Source of the DNA: Phyllobates terribilis
Taxonomy: Eukaryota
Reading direction: 5' to 3'
Assembly: GCF_046119375.1 (NCBI RefSeq)
Contig: NW_027362764.1
Span: forward strand, 554,156,001 to 554,220,000
Length of the DNA stretch: 64,000 nucleotides
The position numbers and the translations under genes are program-made. The notes beneath the pieces are model-generated. The model had not been told where the DNA came from and ran no database searches. It saw only the letters and a program-made list of their open reading frames with translations. Positions 51,336-63,697 of the stretch are shown here, in pieces; the first letter of the stretch is position 1, and each line of letters starts with the position of its first letter.

Positions 51336-53319
51336 TATTAGTCCATCTATACTGACCTCCATCAGGTTGCAAATTAAAACTAATTTTTATCTGCATCTAC
51401 AGTACCTCTGAAAAAATATTTGGGCTTCTAGCTGTGTGTGGGACTTGTTGTATTAGTCCATCTATACTGACCTCCATCAGGTTGCAAACTGAATATATTT
51501 TTTTCTGCATCTACCTCTGAAAAAATATTTGGGCTTCTAGCTGTGTGTGGGTCTTGTTCTATTAATCCATCTATACTGACCTCCATCAGGTTGCAAACTG
51601 AATATAATTATTTTCTGCATCTAGCTCTGAAAAAATATTTGGCCTTCTAGCAGTGTGTCGGACTTTCTCTATTAGTCCATCTATACTGACCTCCATCAGG
51701 TTGCAAATTAAAAATAATTTTTATCTGCATCTACAGTACCTCTGAAAAAATATTTGGGCTTCTAGCTGTGTGTGTGACTTCTTGTATTAGTCCATCTATA
51801 CTGACCTCCATCAGGTTGCAAATTAAAAATAATTTGTATCTGCATCTACAGTACCTCTGAAAAAATATTTGGGCTTCTAGCTGTGTGTGGGACTTGTTGT
51901 ATTAGTCCATCTATACTGACCTCCATCAGGTTGCAAACTGAATATATTTTTTTCTGCATCTGCCTCTGAAAAAATATTTGGGCTTCTAGCTGTGTGTGGC
52001 ACTTGTTGTATTAGTCCATCTATACTGACCTCCATCAGGTTGCAAATTAAAAATAATTTGTATCTGCATCTACAGTACCTCTGAAAAAATATTTGGGCTT
52101 CTAGCTGTGTGTGGGACTTGTTGTATTAGTCCATCTATACTGACCTCCATCAGGTTGCAAACTGAATATATTTTTTTCTGCATCTACCTCTGAAAAAATA
52201 TTTGGGCTTCTAGCTGTGTGTGGGACTTGTTGTATTAGTCCATCTATACTGACCTCCATCAGGTTGCAAATTAAAAATAATTTGTATCTGCATCTACAGT
52301 ACCTCTGAAAAAATATTTGGGCTTCTAGCTGTGTGTGGGACTTGTTGTATTAGTCCATCTATACTGACCTCCATCAGGTTACAAATTAAAAATAATTTGT
52401 ATCTGCATCTACAGTACCTCTGAAAAAATATTTGGGCTTCTAGCTGTGTGTGGGACTTGTTGTATTAGTCCATCTATACTGACCTCCATCAGGTTGCAAA
52501 TTAAAAATAATTTGTAACTGCATCTACAGTACCTCTGAAAAAATATTTGGGCTTCTAGCTGTGTGTGGGACTTGTTGTATTAGTCCATCTATACTGACCT
52601 CCATCAGGTTGCAAACTGAATATATTTTTTTCTGCATCTACCTCTGAAAAAATATTTGGGCTTCTAGCTGTGTGTGGGACTTGTTGTATTAGTCCATCTA
52701 TAATGACCTCCATCAGGTTGCAAATTAAAAATAATTTGTATCTGCATCTACAGTACCTCTTAAAAAATATTTGGGCTTCTAGCTGTGTGTGGGACTTGTT
52801 GTATTAGTCCATCTATACTGACCTCCATCAGGTTGCAAATTAAAAATAATTTTATCTGCATCTACAGTACCTCTGAAAAAATATTTGGGCTTCTAGCTGT
52901 GTGTGGGACTTGTTGTATTAGTCCATCTATACTGACCTCCATCAGGTTGAAAATTAAAAATAATTTGTATCTGCATCTACAGTACCTCTGAAAAAATATT
53001 TGGGCTTCTAGCTGTGTGTGGGACTTGTTGTATTAGTCCATCTATACTGACCTCCATCAGGTTGAAAATTAAAAATAATTTGTATCTGCATCTACAGTAC
53101 CTCTGAAAAAATATTTGGGCTTCTAGCTGTGTGTGGGACTTGTTGCATTAGTCCATCTATACTGACCTCCATCAGGTTGCAAACTGAATATAATTTTTTT
53201 CTGCATCTATCTCTGAAAAAATATTTGGCCTTGTAGCAGTGTGTCGGACTTTCTCTATTAGTCCATCTATACTGACCTCCATCAGGTTGCAAACTGAATA
53301 TATTTTTTTCTGCATCTAA
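51336..53319 (+). repeat. Internal VNTR of hAT copy 3, ~18 units of 109-115 bp
   Basis: Same unit as 23136-25540 but dominated by the 115-bp variant. Confidence 0.96.
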
Positions 53320-53434
53320 CCCAGCCAATAGTTTTGGCCTAATACCACAGTTTGGCCACTCAGCTCTGCTCGGTTACCATCCATTGTTTTTTTGTGCAAA
53401 CAACTCCAGAGTTGTGAATTAGTTAATCACCAAA

Positions 53435-56400
53435 ATGAGTGGAAAAAGGCCTGCTGCTGGTGGAAAGGGGAATAGGCATGTTGGGAAGGGGAAAAAAGGT
53501 TGTGTCCGTGGGGTAGGTGTTAAAGCAACAGTAACATCTGCAGAAGAAAGACCATCTTCCAGCCAAACTAAAATGTCTACTTCTTTTAGCGGACAATGTG
53601 ATAAGATCCCTTTCTTACGGCCACGCCAATCGCTACAAATTCCAGATGAGGCACAAAAACAGCAGGTGCTTCAACGGATATCAAGTGCTCCTTTAAGTGG
53701 GCTCTCCTCCACATCAACTTCAACATCACAAATACTCCAGTCCTCAAAGGTGTCACCCAAACCGCACTTGCTTCCTCACAGCTCCCAAATCTCCAGCTGC
53801 CCGTCTGAGTATGAGGTAGAATAGATGGTTGAGTCTGCAGAGCTGTTTACTCATATTATAGCCTGGGAATCAGAGGTCGACTCCAGCGCTTCTGTGAATC
53901 CAGACGAGGAAATGATCTGCACTGATGCCCAGAATCTTTATGAGTCGGATCCAGGACCAGACGCAGAAGGTTCTGACCATAATGTAGACCCTCATTCCCA
54001 AACTGTAACTCCTGTTGGTGGAGACAATGAGGAAGACGATGATAAGACTCAAATACCTGATTGGAGCGACAACTTTAGCTTTTTGTCAGGGCAGGAACAG
54101 GTTGGCTCTGAGGACGACGGGTGTGATAACACACAGGGTGATGATGATGAGGTTGGAGATCCCACTTACTGTCAACCCACAGTCAGCCAAGAGATGAGGT
54201 CAGCAGAGGAGGTGGAGGAAGATGCTAGTGACGACGAGGTCAGGTTGCGCCTTCCTGGACAGAGACGTAGTACTGGAAGCACGTCAACAACTGCATCCTC
54301 AAACACAACTCTGCCTCTCACCACAAGTCGTGGTGGCTCTTCAGGTCGCATGGGTGCTAAGCCTTGCATAGCCTGGGCATTTTTTCAGATCAATAAAGAT
54401 GACCCAACTCGTGTTATCTGTAACATTTGTCAGCAAAAGCTAAGTAGAGGCCAAAAAATACATAGTTTGAGTGCTTCATGCATGAACCGGCACATGGACA
54501 TGAAGCATAAGTTGCAGTGGGAAGCTCAGTGTGCTACAATGCGGCCTAGCCGGCCGGGCCAACCACCGTCTGCCATATCTTGTGCATCCGCGGCCTCTTC
54601 ATCCTCTGTGACTGGGGGGACAGCAGTCACACCTGTTTTGGGGCGCAGACCTGCCACCTCTTTACCCGCAACAGCCAGCGTGATTGGCAGGTCATCATTT
54701 TCTTTGGAGGTGGTAACACCAGCTGGTGTTGAGCGCTGTCCGACATCGATAGCACCACCTTTGGATCAAGGCAACCTAACATGTCCGCCTGCATCTTCCT
54801 CACAGACCGGCAGTTTGCCGGGGACACCCTTATCAACCCCGTCTAAGCAGAATAGCCAGCCCTCGGTCCCTCAGATGTGGACAAGTAAAAGACCATTTCC
54901 TCCTAGCCATGAGAAAGCTAAGAGGTTGAATTTCACCATCTGCAAGCTCTTGGCTACAGAAATGCTGCCTTTCCGCCTGGTGGACACAGAGGATTTTCGA
55001 GACCTTATGTCTGTCGCAGTGCCCCAGTACCAGATGCCCAGTCGGCACTACTTCTCAAAGAAAGGTGTGCCTGCGCTCCACCAGCATGTCGCACACAACA
55101 TCACCGCTTCTTTGAGAAACTCTGTGTGTGACAGGGTGCATTTCACCACAGACACTTGGACGAGTAGGCATGGACAGGGGCGTTACATGTCGCTGACTGG
55201 GCACTGGGTAACTATGGTGACAGCAGGACAAGGGGCTGCTGTCCAAGTCTTTCCGTCCCCACGAGTTGTGCGGCAATCCTCTTTATGTCAAAGTTCCTCC
55301 ACTGCTTCTGCCTCCTCAACCTCCTCTCGGTCTTCCACCTGCACCCAAAGCCTGTCTGGTCATGCCACAAGCTTTCTAACTGCGCAGAAGGGATCCTGCA
55401 CACCTCCTTACTATGCTGGCAGTAGGGCTCAACGTCATCAGGCGGTTTTTACATTGAAATGTCTGGGAAATGTGAGTCACACAGCTGAGGAGTTGTGGTC
55501 AGCTCTGGAGAACCAATTTCATGAATGGTTGTCTCCACTGGACCTGAAACCAGGGAAGGCCGTGTGCGACAATGCTGCAAACCTGGGTGCGGCCCTTCGC
55601 CGGGGCAATGTCACAAACGTGCCTTGTATGGCTCACGTGTTGAACCTGGTTGTCCAGCAATTTTTAGCCCACTATCCCAGACTAGATGGCCTTCTGCAGA
55701 GGGCACGGTCGCTGTGTGCTCACTTCCGCCGTTCGCATCCCGCAGCTCAGCGACTTACATCTCTACAGAAGTCGTTGGGCCTGCCACTTCACCGGCTAAA
55801 ATGCGATGTGCTTACCCGGTGGAATTCAACTCTGCACATGTTGCAGCGACTGTGGCAGCACCGTCAAGCCCTGGTGCAATACGTTCTGATGTATAGCCTG
55901 GGCCAACGAGATTCAGAGGTGGGGAAAATCACGCTGGAGGAGTGGTCTCAGATCAGGGACCTATGCACCCTTCTGCACAGTTTTGAAATGGCGACGAAGA
56001 TGTTTAGTGCAAACGATGCCATTATCAGCATGACTATTCCAGTGATTTACATGCTGGAGCACATGTTAAACAGAATTCGGAGTCAGGTGGTGGCACAAGA
56101 GGAGGTGGAGGAAGTAGAGGAGGAGGAGTTGTATGCGGAAGGGCTAACATCTGCAAGGTCCAGACGGTCGGCAGCACCAAGGCGGCAGGCATGTGAGGGT
56201 TGGGGAGATGGTTTTACCAGGGCGCATGGTAGCAGCCAAACTAGTGAGGAAGGTGCAGGAGCCCAGGAAGAAGTGGAGGACGAACTGATGGAAGACTCAT
56301 CAGATGAGGGAGACCTTGATCACATTTCTGTTGTGCGAGGTTGGGGGGAGAGGACAGAGGAAGGAAGCATGATTGTTACCTCGCCACCAACACAACAGGG

Positions 56401-57136
56401 ACTTGGTGCTCCTGGATGCGCAACACACATGAGTGCCTTCTTGCTGCACTACCTGCAACATGACCCTCGAATTGTGAGAATTAGAAATAATCCTGACTAC
56501 TGGGTTGCCACACTGTTAGATCCCCGGTACAAAAGTAAATTTGCAGAAATTATTCCTGCCATAGAAAGGGATGCACGCATGCAGGAGTATCAGCAGAGAC
56601 TGTTGCAGAATCTTACATGTGCTTTTCCACAAAATACCAGTGGTGCACGTAGTGAATCTCACAGTTCCAACTTGCCAACCGTGGGACCGTCAAGTGTTCA
56701 GCACTCAAACCGTAACAGAACCACAGTATCTGGTGGTAACATCAATTTTGCGGAATCATTTCACCACTTTTTTAGCCCATCCTTTGCAAGGCCACAGGAG
56801 ACAAGAAGTCTGACACATAGTCAACGCCTAGAGACGATGGTACAGGAGTATCTCCAAGTAAACATTGAAGCCACGACTGTGTCACTGGACCCTTGCTCTT
56901 TTTGGGCTTCCAATCTGGATAAATGGCCGGAGCTAGCCACTTACGCCTTGGAGATCTTGTCATGCCCCGCAGCCAGCGTTCTGTCTGAACGTGTGTTCAG
57001 CGCTGCTGGTGGTGTGCTGACAGATAAGCGCACGCGGCTCTCCACTGATAATGTAGACAGACTCACGTTCATAAAGATGAACAAATCATGGATCCGAAAC
57101 GACTTTTCTACCCCTGTGTCATCCTGGGGAGAGTAA
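53435..57136 (+). CDS. hAT (Ac-group) transposase, 1233 codons with one premature TAG at codon 130; downstream 1103-aa ORF (53825-57136) retains all core domains
   Basis: GAA TAG ATG at 53819-53827 versus GAA CAG ATG in copy 2. BED finger, FTTDTW, VCDNAA, CMAH, TRWNST, LLDPRY and LSERVFS are all in frame. Confidence 0.9.
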
Positions 57137-57460
57137 AAGCTTGATGATTGTTTAAAATCACCCTACCAACCGTTTTAAGCTTTCAACTTACTAATCATGT
57201 TTATCTGTATCTTGACTGGAAAATAATTTGGGCTTTGTAGCAGTGTGCAGCACTGATCCTATTAGGCCATCTATAATAAGCTCCACCAGATTTAAAATTA
57301 AAAATAATTTTTAGCTGCATCTAGCCCGGAAAATAATTTTGGGGCTCCGAGATGCGCAAGACACATAAGTGCCTTCTTGCTGCACTACCTGCAGCATGAC
57401 CCTCATATTGTCAGAATTCGAAGTAATCATGACTACTGGGTTGCCACACTCTTAGATCCC

Positions 57461-58835
57461 CCAAACTTTTCGATCAACCTTTTCATTTTAATAAAGACCA
57501 AAAAAATGGTCATTTTTGAAATTATAAGCATTAGCAGGTTGTTAGAAACTGAAATCAAACAGTTTTCAACTCAAAACTTTATTCTAGGTGATGTTACATT
57601 TTCACATAGGACCCCTTGTTCGAAAGGAGCTTCTGAACTCTCTCGTCCATTGAATTTGTCAGGTTTTGGATGCTTTCTGCTTCAATTGTTTTTCATGAGG
57701 ACAGAATACCCTCCCAGAGCTGTTGCTTAGATGTGAACTGCCTCCCGCCATCATAGACACTCCTTTTAATGATGCTCCAAAGGTTCTGAATGGGGTAGAG
57801 GTCAGGGGAGCATGGGGGTCACACCATAAGTTTGTCCCCTTTTATGCCCATATCAGCCAGAGATGCAGATGTTTTATGTGCAGCATGAGATGGTGCATTA
57901 TCATGCAGAAAAATGATCTTGCTGTGAAATACACGGTTCTTCTTCTTGAACCATGGCAGGAAGTGCTGTTTGAGAAAATCCACATACATTATGGAGTTCA
58001 TCTTTAGCGCCTTCAGGGATCCTAATGGGGCCGACAATCTCTCTCCCCATGATTCCAGCCCAAAACATTACTCCACCTCCTCCTTGTTGGCGCTGTAGCC
58101 GTGTTTGCGTGGGGTGTCCATCAACCAGCCATCCTCCACTCCATCCATCTGGACCATCGAGCGCTGCACGGCACTCATCCGTGAACAAAACAGTTTTGAA
58201 ATCAGTCTTCATGTAATGTTTGGCCCACTGGAGCCGTTTCTGCTTGTGTGAAGTGGATAGAGGAGGTCGACAGGATGGCGTATGCACAGCTGCAAACCTC
58301 TGAAGGACCCTGCATCTTGTTGTTCGGGGGACGTTGGAGGCACAAGCAGCTTCAAAAATTTGTCTGCTGCTATGACAAGGCTTTTTTGCCGCTGCTCTTT
58401 TAACCTGACGTAATTGCCTGTAGGAAAGAGTCCTCAATTTGCCCTTATCAGCACGCACACGTGTGTACTGTGAATCAGCTACATACTTCTTGATTGCCAA
58501 GACACTTCATCCTGATCATCGCACAATGTTGATTGTAGTCATGCCTTGACCTAAACACTCCACAATGTGTTGCTTCTCAGCAGCCGACACATCCTTTTTC
58601 TTTCCCATTTTGGCAGAAAATGTAGGCTGCTGAATAATGTGAGAGAGCCTTCTTAAGTAGTCTTGCCTTTCATTGGACACACCTGACAAACTAATTAGCA
58701 CAGGTGTCTGCAATTGCTTACAGTGATATAAAGAGCCCTGACACACATCACCATCAATGAGTTTAACTGACAAACAAACAAATTCTTCCCTTATCACTCC
58801 TAAACACTTTTTGCATAATAATTTGGAACACAGTG
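57461..58835 (-). mobile_element. Dead one-ended Tc1-like cargo, copy 3
   Basis: Same breakpoints and same lesions (*PPCSPDLYPIQ, frameshifts) as 29572-30946. TIR ends CACAGTG|TA. Confidence 0.9.
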
Positions 58836-58905
58836 TACATGTGCTTTTCCACAAAACACCAGTGGTACACGTAGTGAATCTTACAGTTCTAACTTGCCAA
58901 CCGTG

Positions 58906-60729
58906 GTCTGTATGGAGTTGTTCAATTAAGGGCCCAAAATTAAGATAACATAGATGGGAGAGGTCTCTATGAATAGGAATTCCTAAGTATTTGATACCCT
59001 GTGAGGGCCAGGCAAAGGGAAAGTTGGACTGGATGGAATCCTATATGGATTTGGGGAGGGAGACATCGAGGGCCTCAGACTTCGCTGCATTGATTTTAAA
59101 ATTTGACCAAGTAACAAAGTGATCTATTTCAGCCATAACAGCATGGATGGATATATGTGATTGAGTGATATATACTAGGACATCATCAGCAAATAGAGAG
59201 CACTTGTACTCGGTGCCTCCCACCTCAATCCACCTAATATTGGGGTTATGGCGAATTGATGAGAGCAGGTGCTCCGTCACTAGGATGTATAAGAGAGAGG
59301 ACAGAGAACATCCCTGCCTTGTCCCATTGGTGATTGTGAAAGGTGATGAAAATGTTCTGACGCGCCCCCTGGGCCTTGGGACACCTGGAGCCGGACCCTT
59401 TTTGGTGGATGCTGGTGGTTGTAGTCTCCGTGGCGGCAACCCGGTTCCGTGGCTCAGGGCGGTCAAACCAGTGGCGGAACTATTTATGTGGTTTTGATGT
59501 TTAAATGTCCGACTACGCCACCCGTGGATTGCGGTCAGAGTGAACCGCCGCTCCAGGGCAGACCGCTGAGGCTGGTGTTGTGGGTGCAGCAGAGCGTAGC
59601 ATAACTCCCCACGGGAGGAGTATAGCCTCAGGGCAGTGTATGTGGAGGATGGGGGTGATGGTGCAGGGCAGCAGCAGTAATGACACGGAGTCAGTGATGC
59701 AGTCCAGTGCATTTACTCACAGTTCTTATTATCCAGACCACGTCTGCAGGTAACGGCTGCCCACGTCGTACTGTGCTCACCAGGTGAGGGGCTCAGACAA
59801 CTCCCAGATAACTTTGGAGCGCTTCACAGGACCCCCTTTGTGTGTCCTTTGTCTGGCCTTTCTTACCAACCCTTCTGTCCGGCTGCCTGGGGCCTCCTCT
59901 TGGTAAACTTGGCGCCAGTTTCCCTGACCCTATGTGGTGCCTTCCTAGCGGGTGTAGCGAGGGGCTGCGCCACATAAAATGTCACAGCCTCCTGTTTCTA
60001 GCTGAGAGTCATTTCCTGCCTCCACTAGTTTCAGGGACCGGTCTCCCCCTTTGGCCTGACCCCTCCACGCAGGTGGATTCTGGCGTGCGGTGGCGACTCG
60101 CCCGTCCGCACCCCTGAGATCCCTTCGTTCCTCGTTCCTGGAGCCTTCTACGCTCCTCTTCCTTCCTTCTCCCTCTTCCAGGCTTGGGCCTCTGTTACTA
60201 GGCCCGCCTCCGGACAGAGCTCATGCAGAGCCCCTGCTCCCTGCCACTTCTGCTCAGACTTCTCTGCACTGAACTAAGATGGTGCCCACCTTTTATACTC
60301 CCTTCTCAATGCACCCAGGAACTGCTTCCTCCCTGCTCCTGCACTACAGGGTTCCCCTTCCTCAGTGTTCCCTCCCCCCACTCCAGCCAGGGACAGGGAC
60401 TGTCGTGCCCATCTCAGGGGCATATTGGTCGCCCTGCCCCACGGCAATGTGGTGTAATGCAGGCAGGTGTCGGGTCCTGATCCACACTACATCCTTACCT
60501 GAGAGTGAGATATCACACCTCTGGGTGAGGTGCAATACCTCTGTAGCAACCGAGCCCTCAGGGTGCTACAGTTCCATTTATCTTCAGCCTAGGTGACGTA
60601 TTGCGATACAGGGCCGTGATTTTGGCTATAAAAGGGTCCCCTAGACCCCTACCCCAATCTTTTTAAGAGAATCATATATGGCGTGCCAGGAGACTCTATG
60701 GAATGCTTTCTCAGCATCCAACGAGAGTA
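58906..60729 (-). mobile_element. L1 RT fragment cargo, copy 3
   Basis: GTRQGCSLSSLLY...LFADD; collinear with 31017-32840. Confidence 0.9.
59358..60570 (-). mobile_element. Solo LTR in the L1 cargo, copy 3
   Basis: Same position and GTTC TSD as 31469-32681. Confidence 0.82.
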
Positions 60730-60838
60730 TCTAATTACAAATTTTTAACTGCATCTAGCCCAGGAAATACTTTGTGCCTAGTAGCAGGGTCTGCTAGTCA
60801 GCGGATTATCCCGGCTGTTAAGCAAGCTACACCACCTG

Positions 60839-61107
60839 TAGTTTGGACACTTCATTTTTTCAAAGGAAATGCTTCGGGACCACGGGATACTCAGTGAAGA
60901 GCATCAGGAGGCACCCCAAGGCATAGGGGCTGGGACTGGCAGTAGGATGCCTTGCGGTGGACAGCCGAGCTCGATCCTTATAAAAGCTTTTTAACTGCAG
61001 CAGCTTTAGTGGACGCTACTGGAGCTGGAATTACGCGGCTGCTGGCATGAGACTTGCCCTCCAATAGATCCTTGTAAATGGATTTAAAGTGTATTCATTC
61101 AAATTAG
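60839..61107 (-). rRNA. 18S: Non-functional 18S rRNA fragment, cargo of hAT copy 3
   Basis: Near-identical to 32950-33218. Confidence 0.88.
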
Positions 61108-61736
61108 AGAGACAATTTAAATTAAAAAGCTTAGAGCTGCCTCCACCACAGGGGGGCTCGCTCGACCCACCAGCGGACAGGCACCAGTATTGGGAGAGGG
61201 GGGCTGGCCATCAGGGTTCACCGCGGCTCTGGCACAAACCCGGCGACACGGAGGTGGCACGGGCAGGAGCGGACTGGCCGTGTCGGCTTCTCACTTTTTG
61301 GATTTTAGAAGGGCATGACATGCCTATATCTGTGTCTCCCCCTCCTTTTACTCCTCCACCTCTTTTATTTTCGCATGACTATATGTACTTGTCACTTTTC
61401 CATGTGTTAGTTATGTCTTCTGAGCAGTTTGTCAGCTTTTGGACACCTTTGAAGGTGTTTTCTATGTGTTTCTATGTGTTTTTGTTTGCCTGCCATTGGT
61501 TTTAACGGTGTTCGAAGGTGTTCGACGAACAGTTCGGCGAACACACGGGTGTTCGACGAACTGAACCGAACTCGAACACTACGGGGGTGGCTCAACACTA
61601 CTGTTAAGTCGAATGTAGCCAAATCTAAAGCGTGTAGGAAGCAGAAAGTCTCAGCTTTGAACACTGTTTAGTGGCTGCTGGGAACTGCAGATCAGCTCCT
61701 GTTCTTTACAATAGGAGCTGATCGGCAGCACCCAAC

Positions 61737-61980
61737 AATAATAATAATAGTCTTTTTATTTATATAGCACCAACATATTCCGCAGCGCTTTACAATTAAG
61801 ACAATTTACAAACATTATTGGCACTGTCCCCTCTGGGGCTCACAATCTACATTCCCTATCAGTATGTTTTTGGAGTGTGGAAGGAAACTGGAGAACTGGA
61901 TGTTGTCCTTGGTGGGATTTGAATGCAGGACCCCAGCGCTGCAAGGCTGCAGTGCTAACCACTAAGCCACCGTGCTGCCC
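61737..61980 (-). mobile_element. tRNA-derived SINE with L2-type 3' tail (internally shortened)
   Basis: Minus strand starts GGGCAGCACGGTGGCTTAGTGGTTAGCAC (A box), has an ATTCAAATCC B-box-like motif, and ends TGTAAAGCGCTGCGGAATATGTTGGTGCTATATAAA...(TAT)n. Confidence 0.85.
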
Positions 61981-62493
61981 AACAGCCAGTAAGCAGTATA
62001 CAGAGTAAAAGGACTAGAAAAGCCCTTTTAGCATTTACAGTTTGAAATCTCTATTTACAGAACCTTGAATCTTTTTTTAAAAAAAATCCCTCGCACATGT
62101 TCTTGGAGAAACAGCTGTGTTTGCTGTACTATAAACTGAAGAAATTGTGTTTGCAAATAGCCAATGAGAACAGCAGGCTACATTGTAAAAACTATAATAA
62201 AACACTTAAACACCTACAGGAATACACTCTCTTTTAAGAGACCATTTAATTAGTCTCTTATACAATTTTGACAAATACTTGATATTCAGTTCTAGAAGAA
62301 AAAGGGATGAAAACAAGCTGTCAAGTAACTGGTTCATATTTCAAACCCAGTGTAATTTGTATAATTTGTATTAAAATTAATTTATAGTACCTGATTGCTG
62401 CTGTTTTAAGATTAATGAGCAATGATAACGTTCAGTAAATACCAGAGATCTTCCAAAATGTGGTTGACAGGATATAAGTTGGTTGGTCTTAAG

Positions 62494-62840
62494 CCGGTTT
62501 CACATTAGCGTTTTTGAGCGCAGCATGGGCTGCGTACTTATTTTCTAAAATTCGCAAGCGTATTGCGCACCTATCTTTAACATGGTGTGTGCAGGTGTAC
62601 GCAGGGACATGCGTTGGGGTCAGTATGTCTGCGTATGCAGCCCTGTGCGTGGTTTCGCGGCGCCCGATGAACGTAACATGTTGCATTTTTTGATGCTTGG
62701 AAAATTCGCAGCCATGCGCATGCGTGCATAGAAGCAACGCATGATTGTCTATGGGTACGCATTGGTGCGCAATGGCCTGCGCATGGCTGCGTTCGGTGCG
62801 CATGCGGATGTCATACTGAGCATGCCCAGGAAACGATTTT
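62494..62840. mobile_element. Probable PIF/Harbinger-type MITE remnant
   Basis: GCCGGTTTCACA start and dense GCGCATGCG / TGCGTA palindromic motifs; no matching second end found. Confidence 0.35.
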
Positions 62841-63619
62841 CAGGCCCTCCCAAATCCCTCCCAAATACCAGCTGTATAAAAAGGGGGTGTGGAGAAAAGG
62901 AAATCCAAGACTCAGGATCTCTACATGTTGGATTTAAAGTATACAAGCTTTTGAAATGTTTTTATGTCTATTATTTCTTTTTATTTTTGGTGTATTTTTT
63001 TCTGTCTTTTTCTTCTGTCTTTATTTTTTTGTCTGTTTTTTCTGTCTATTTTTATTTTATTTTTCAGTCTTGTTTTTTTCTGTCTCGTTTTTTCTTTAGT
63101 TTTTTTAATGTGTGCTTTTTTTCTGTTTTTCTGTGTGTTATGTCTCAATGCAGCCTGTAGTATGTGTCTCTGTTTTGCATAATGAAGTCTGTACTCTCTC
63201 TCATGCACTGCAGTGTGTACTCTGGGTCTGCCAATGCAATGCTGTGTTTGCTTTGTGTATCTCAATGCAGTCTTTACTATGTCTCATGCACTGCAGTGTG
63301 TACTCTGGGTCTGCATGTGTTGCATTATGCATTGAATACTGTAATTTTGTTTTTTTTGTGTCCGTGACTGACTTTGTGCCAAATCTCACACTCTCTCCAC
63401 TATGACACTCTGTCAACTGTCAATCTTTGTCACTGTCTTATGTTTTAATTTATTTTCCTTGTCGACTGTGTGTAGCTCCAGTCCTGCTGCTTTATGGTCC
63501 CGCTGCTCTACGGTCCCGCTGGTCTCTGGTTCCGCTGGTCTCCAGTGCTGCGGCCCCTTTTGGCTGCAACTAATTGTAAGTATGAGTGATGTACTTTACA
63601 CTCACTTGCTTACTTTGTC

Positions 63620-63697
63620 ATTGACACTCTGCCCAGTCTGACACTGTGCCCAGTCTGACACTCTGCCCAGTCTGACACTCTACCCAGTCTGACACTG
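63620..63697 (+). repeat. 20-bp minisatellite (GACACTCTGCCCAGTCT-like, ~4 units)
   Basis: Directly visible. Confidence 0.85.

Larger units (their letters stand above)
50417..61600 (+). mobile_element. Large composite hAT DNA transposon, copy 3 (11,184 bp)
   Basis: TAGAGATGAGCG at 50417 and GCTCAACACTA ending at 61600. Perfect TSD CTGTTAAG (50409-50416, 61601-61608). Confidence 0.96.

Noticed and set aside
22228-61600. Copies 2 and 3 as a segmental duplication
   Set aside because: Homology stops exactly at the TIRs, and each copy has its own distinct perfect TSD and unrelated flanks.
62964-63405. Phe-rich and Lys-rich ORFs as membrane or basic proteins
   Set aside because: Artefacts of T-rich low-complexity sequence.
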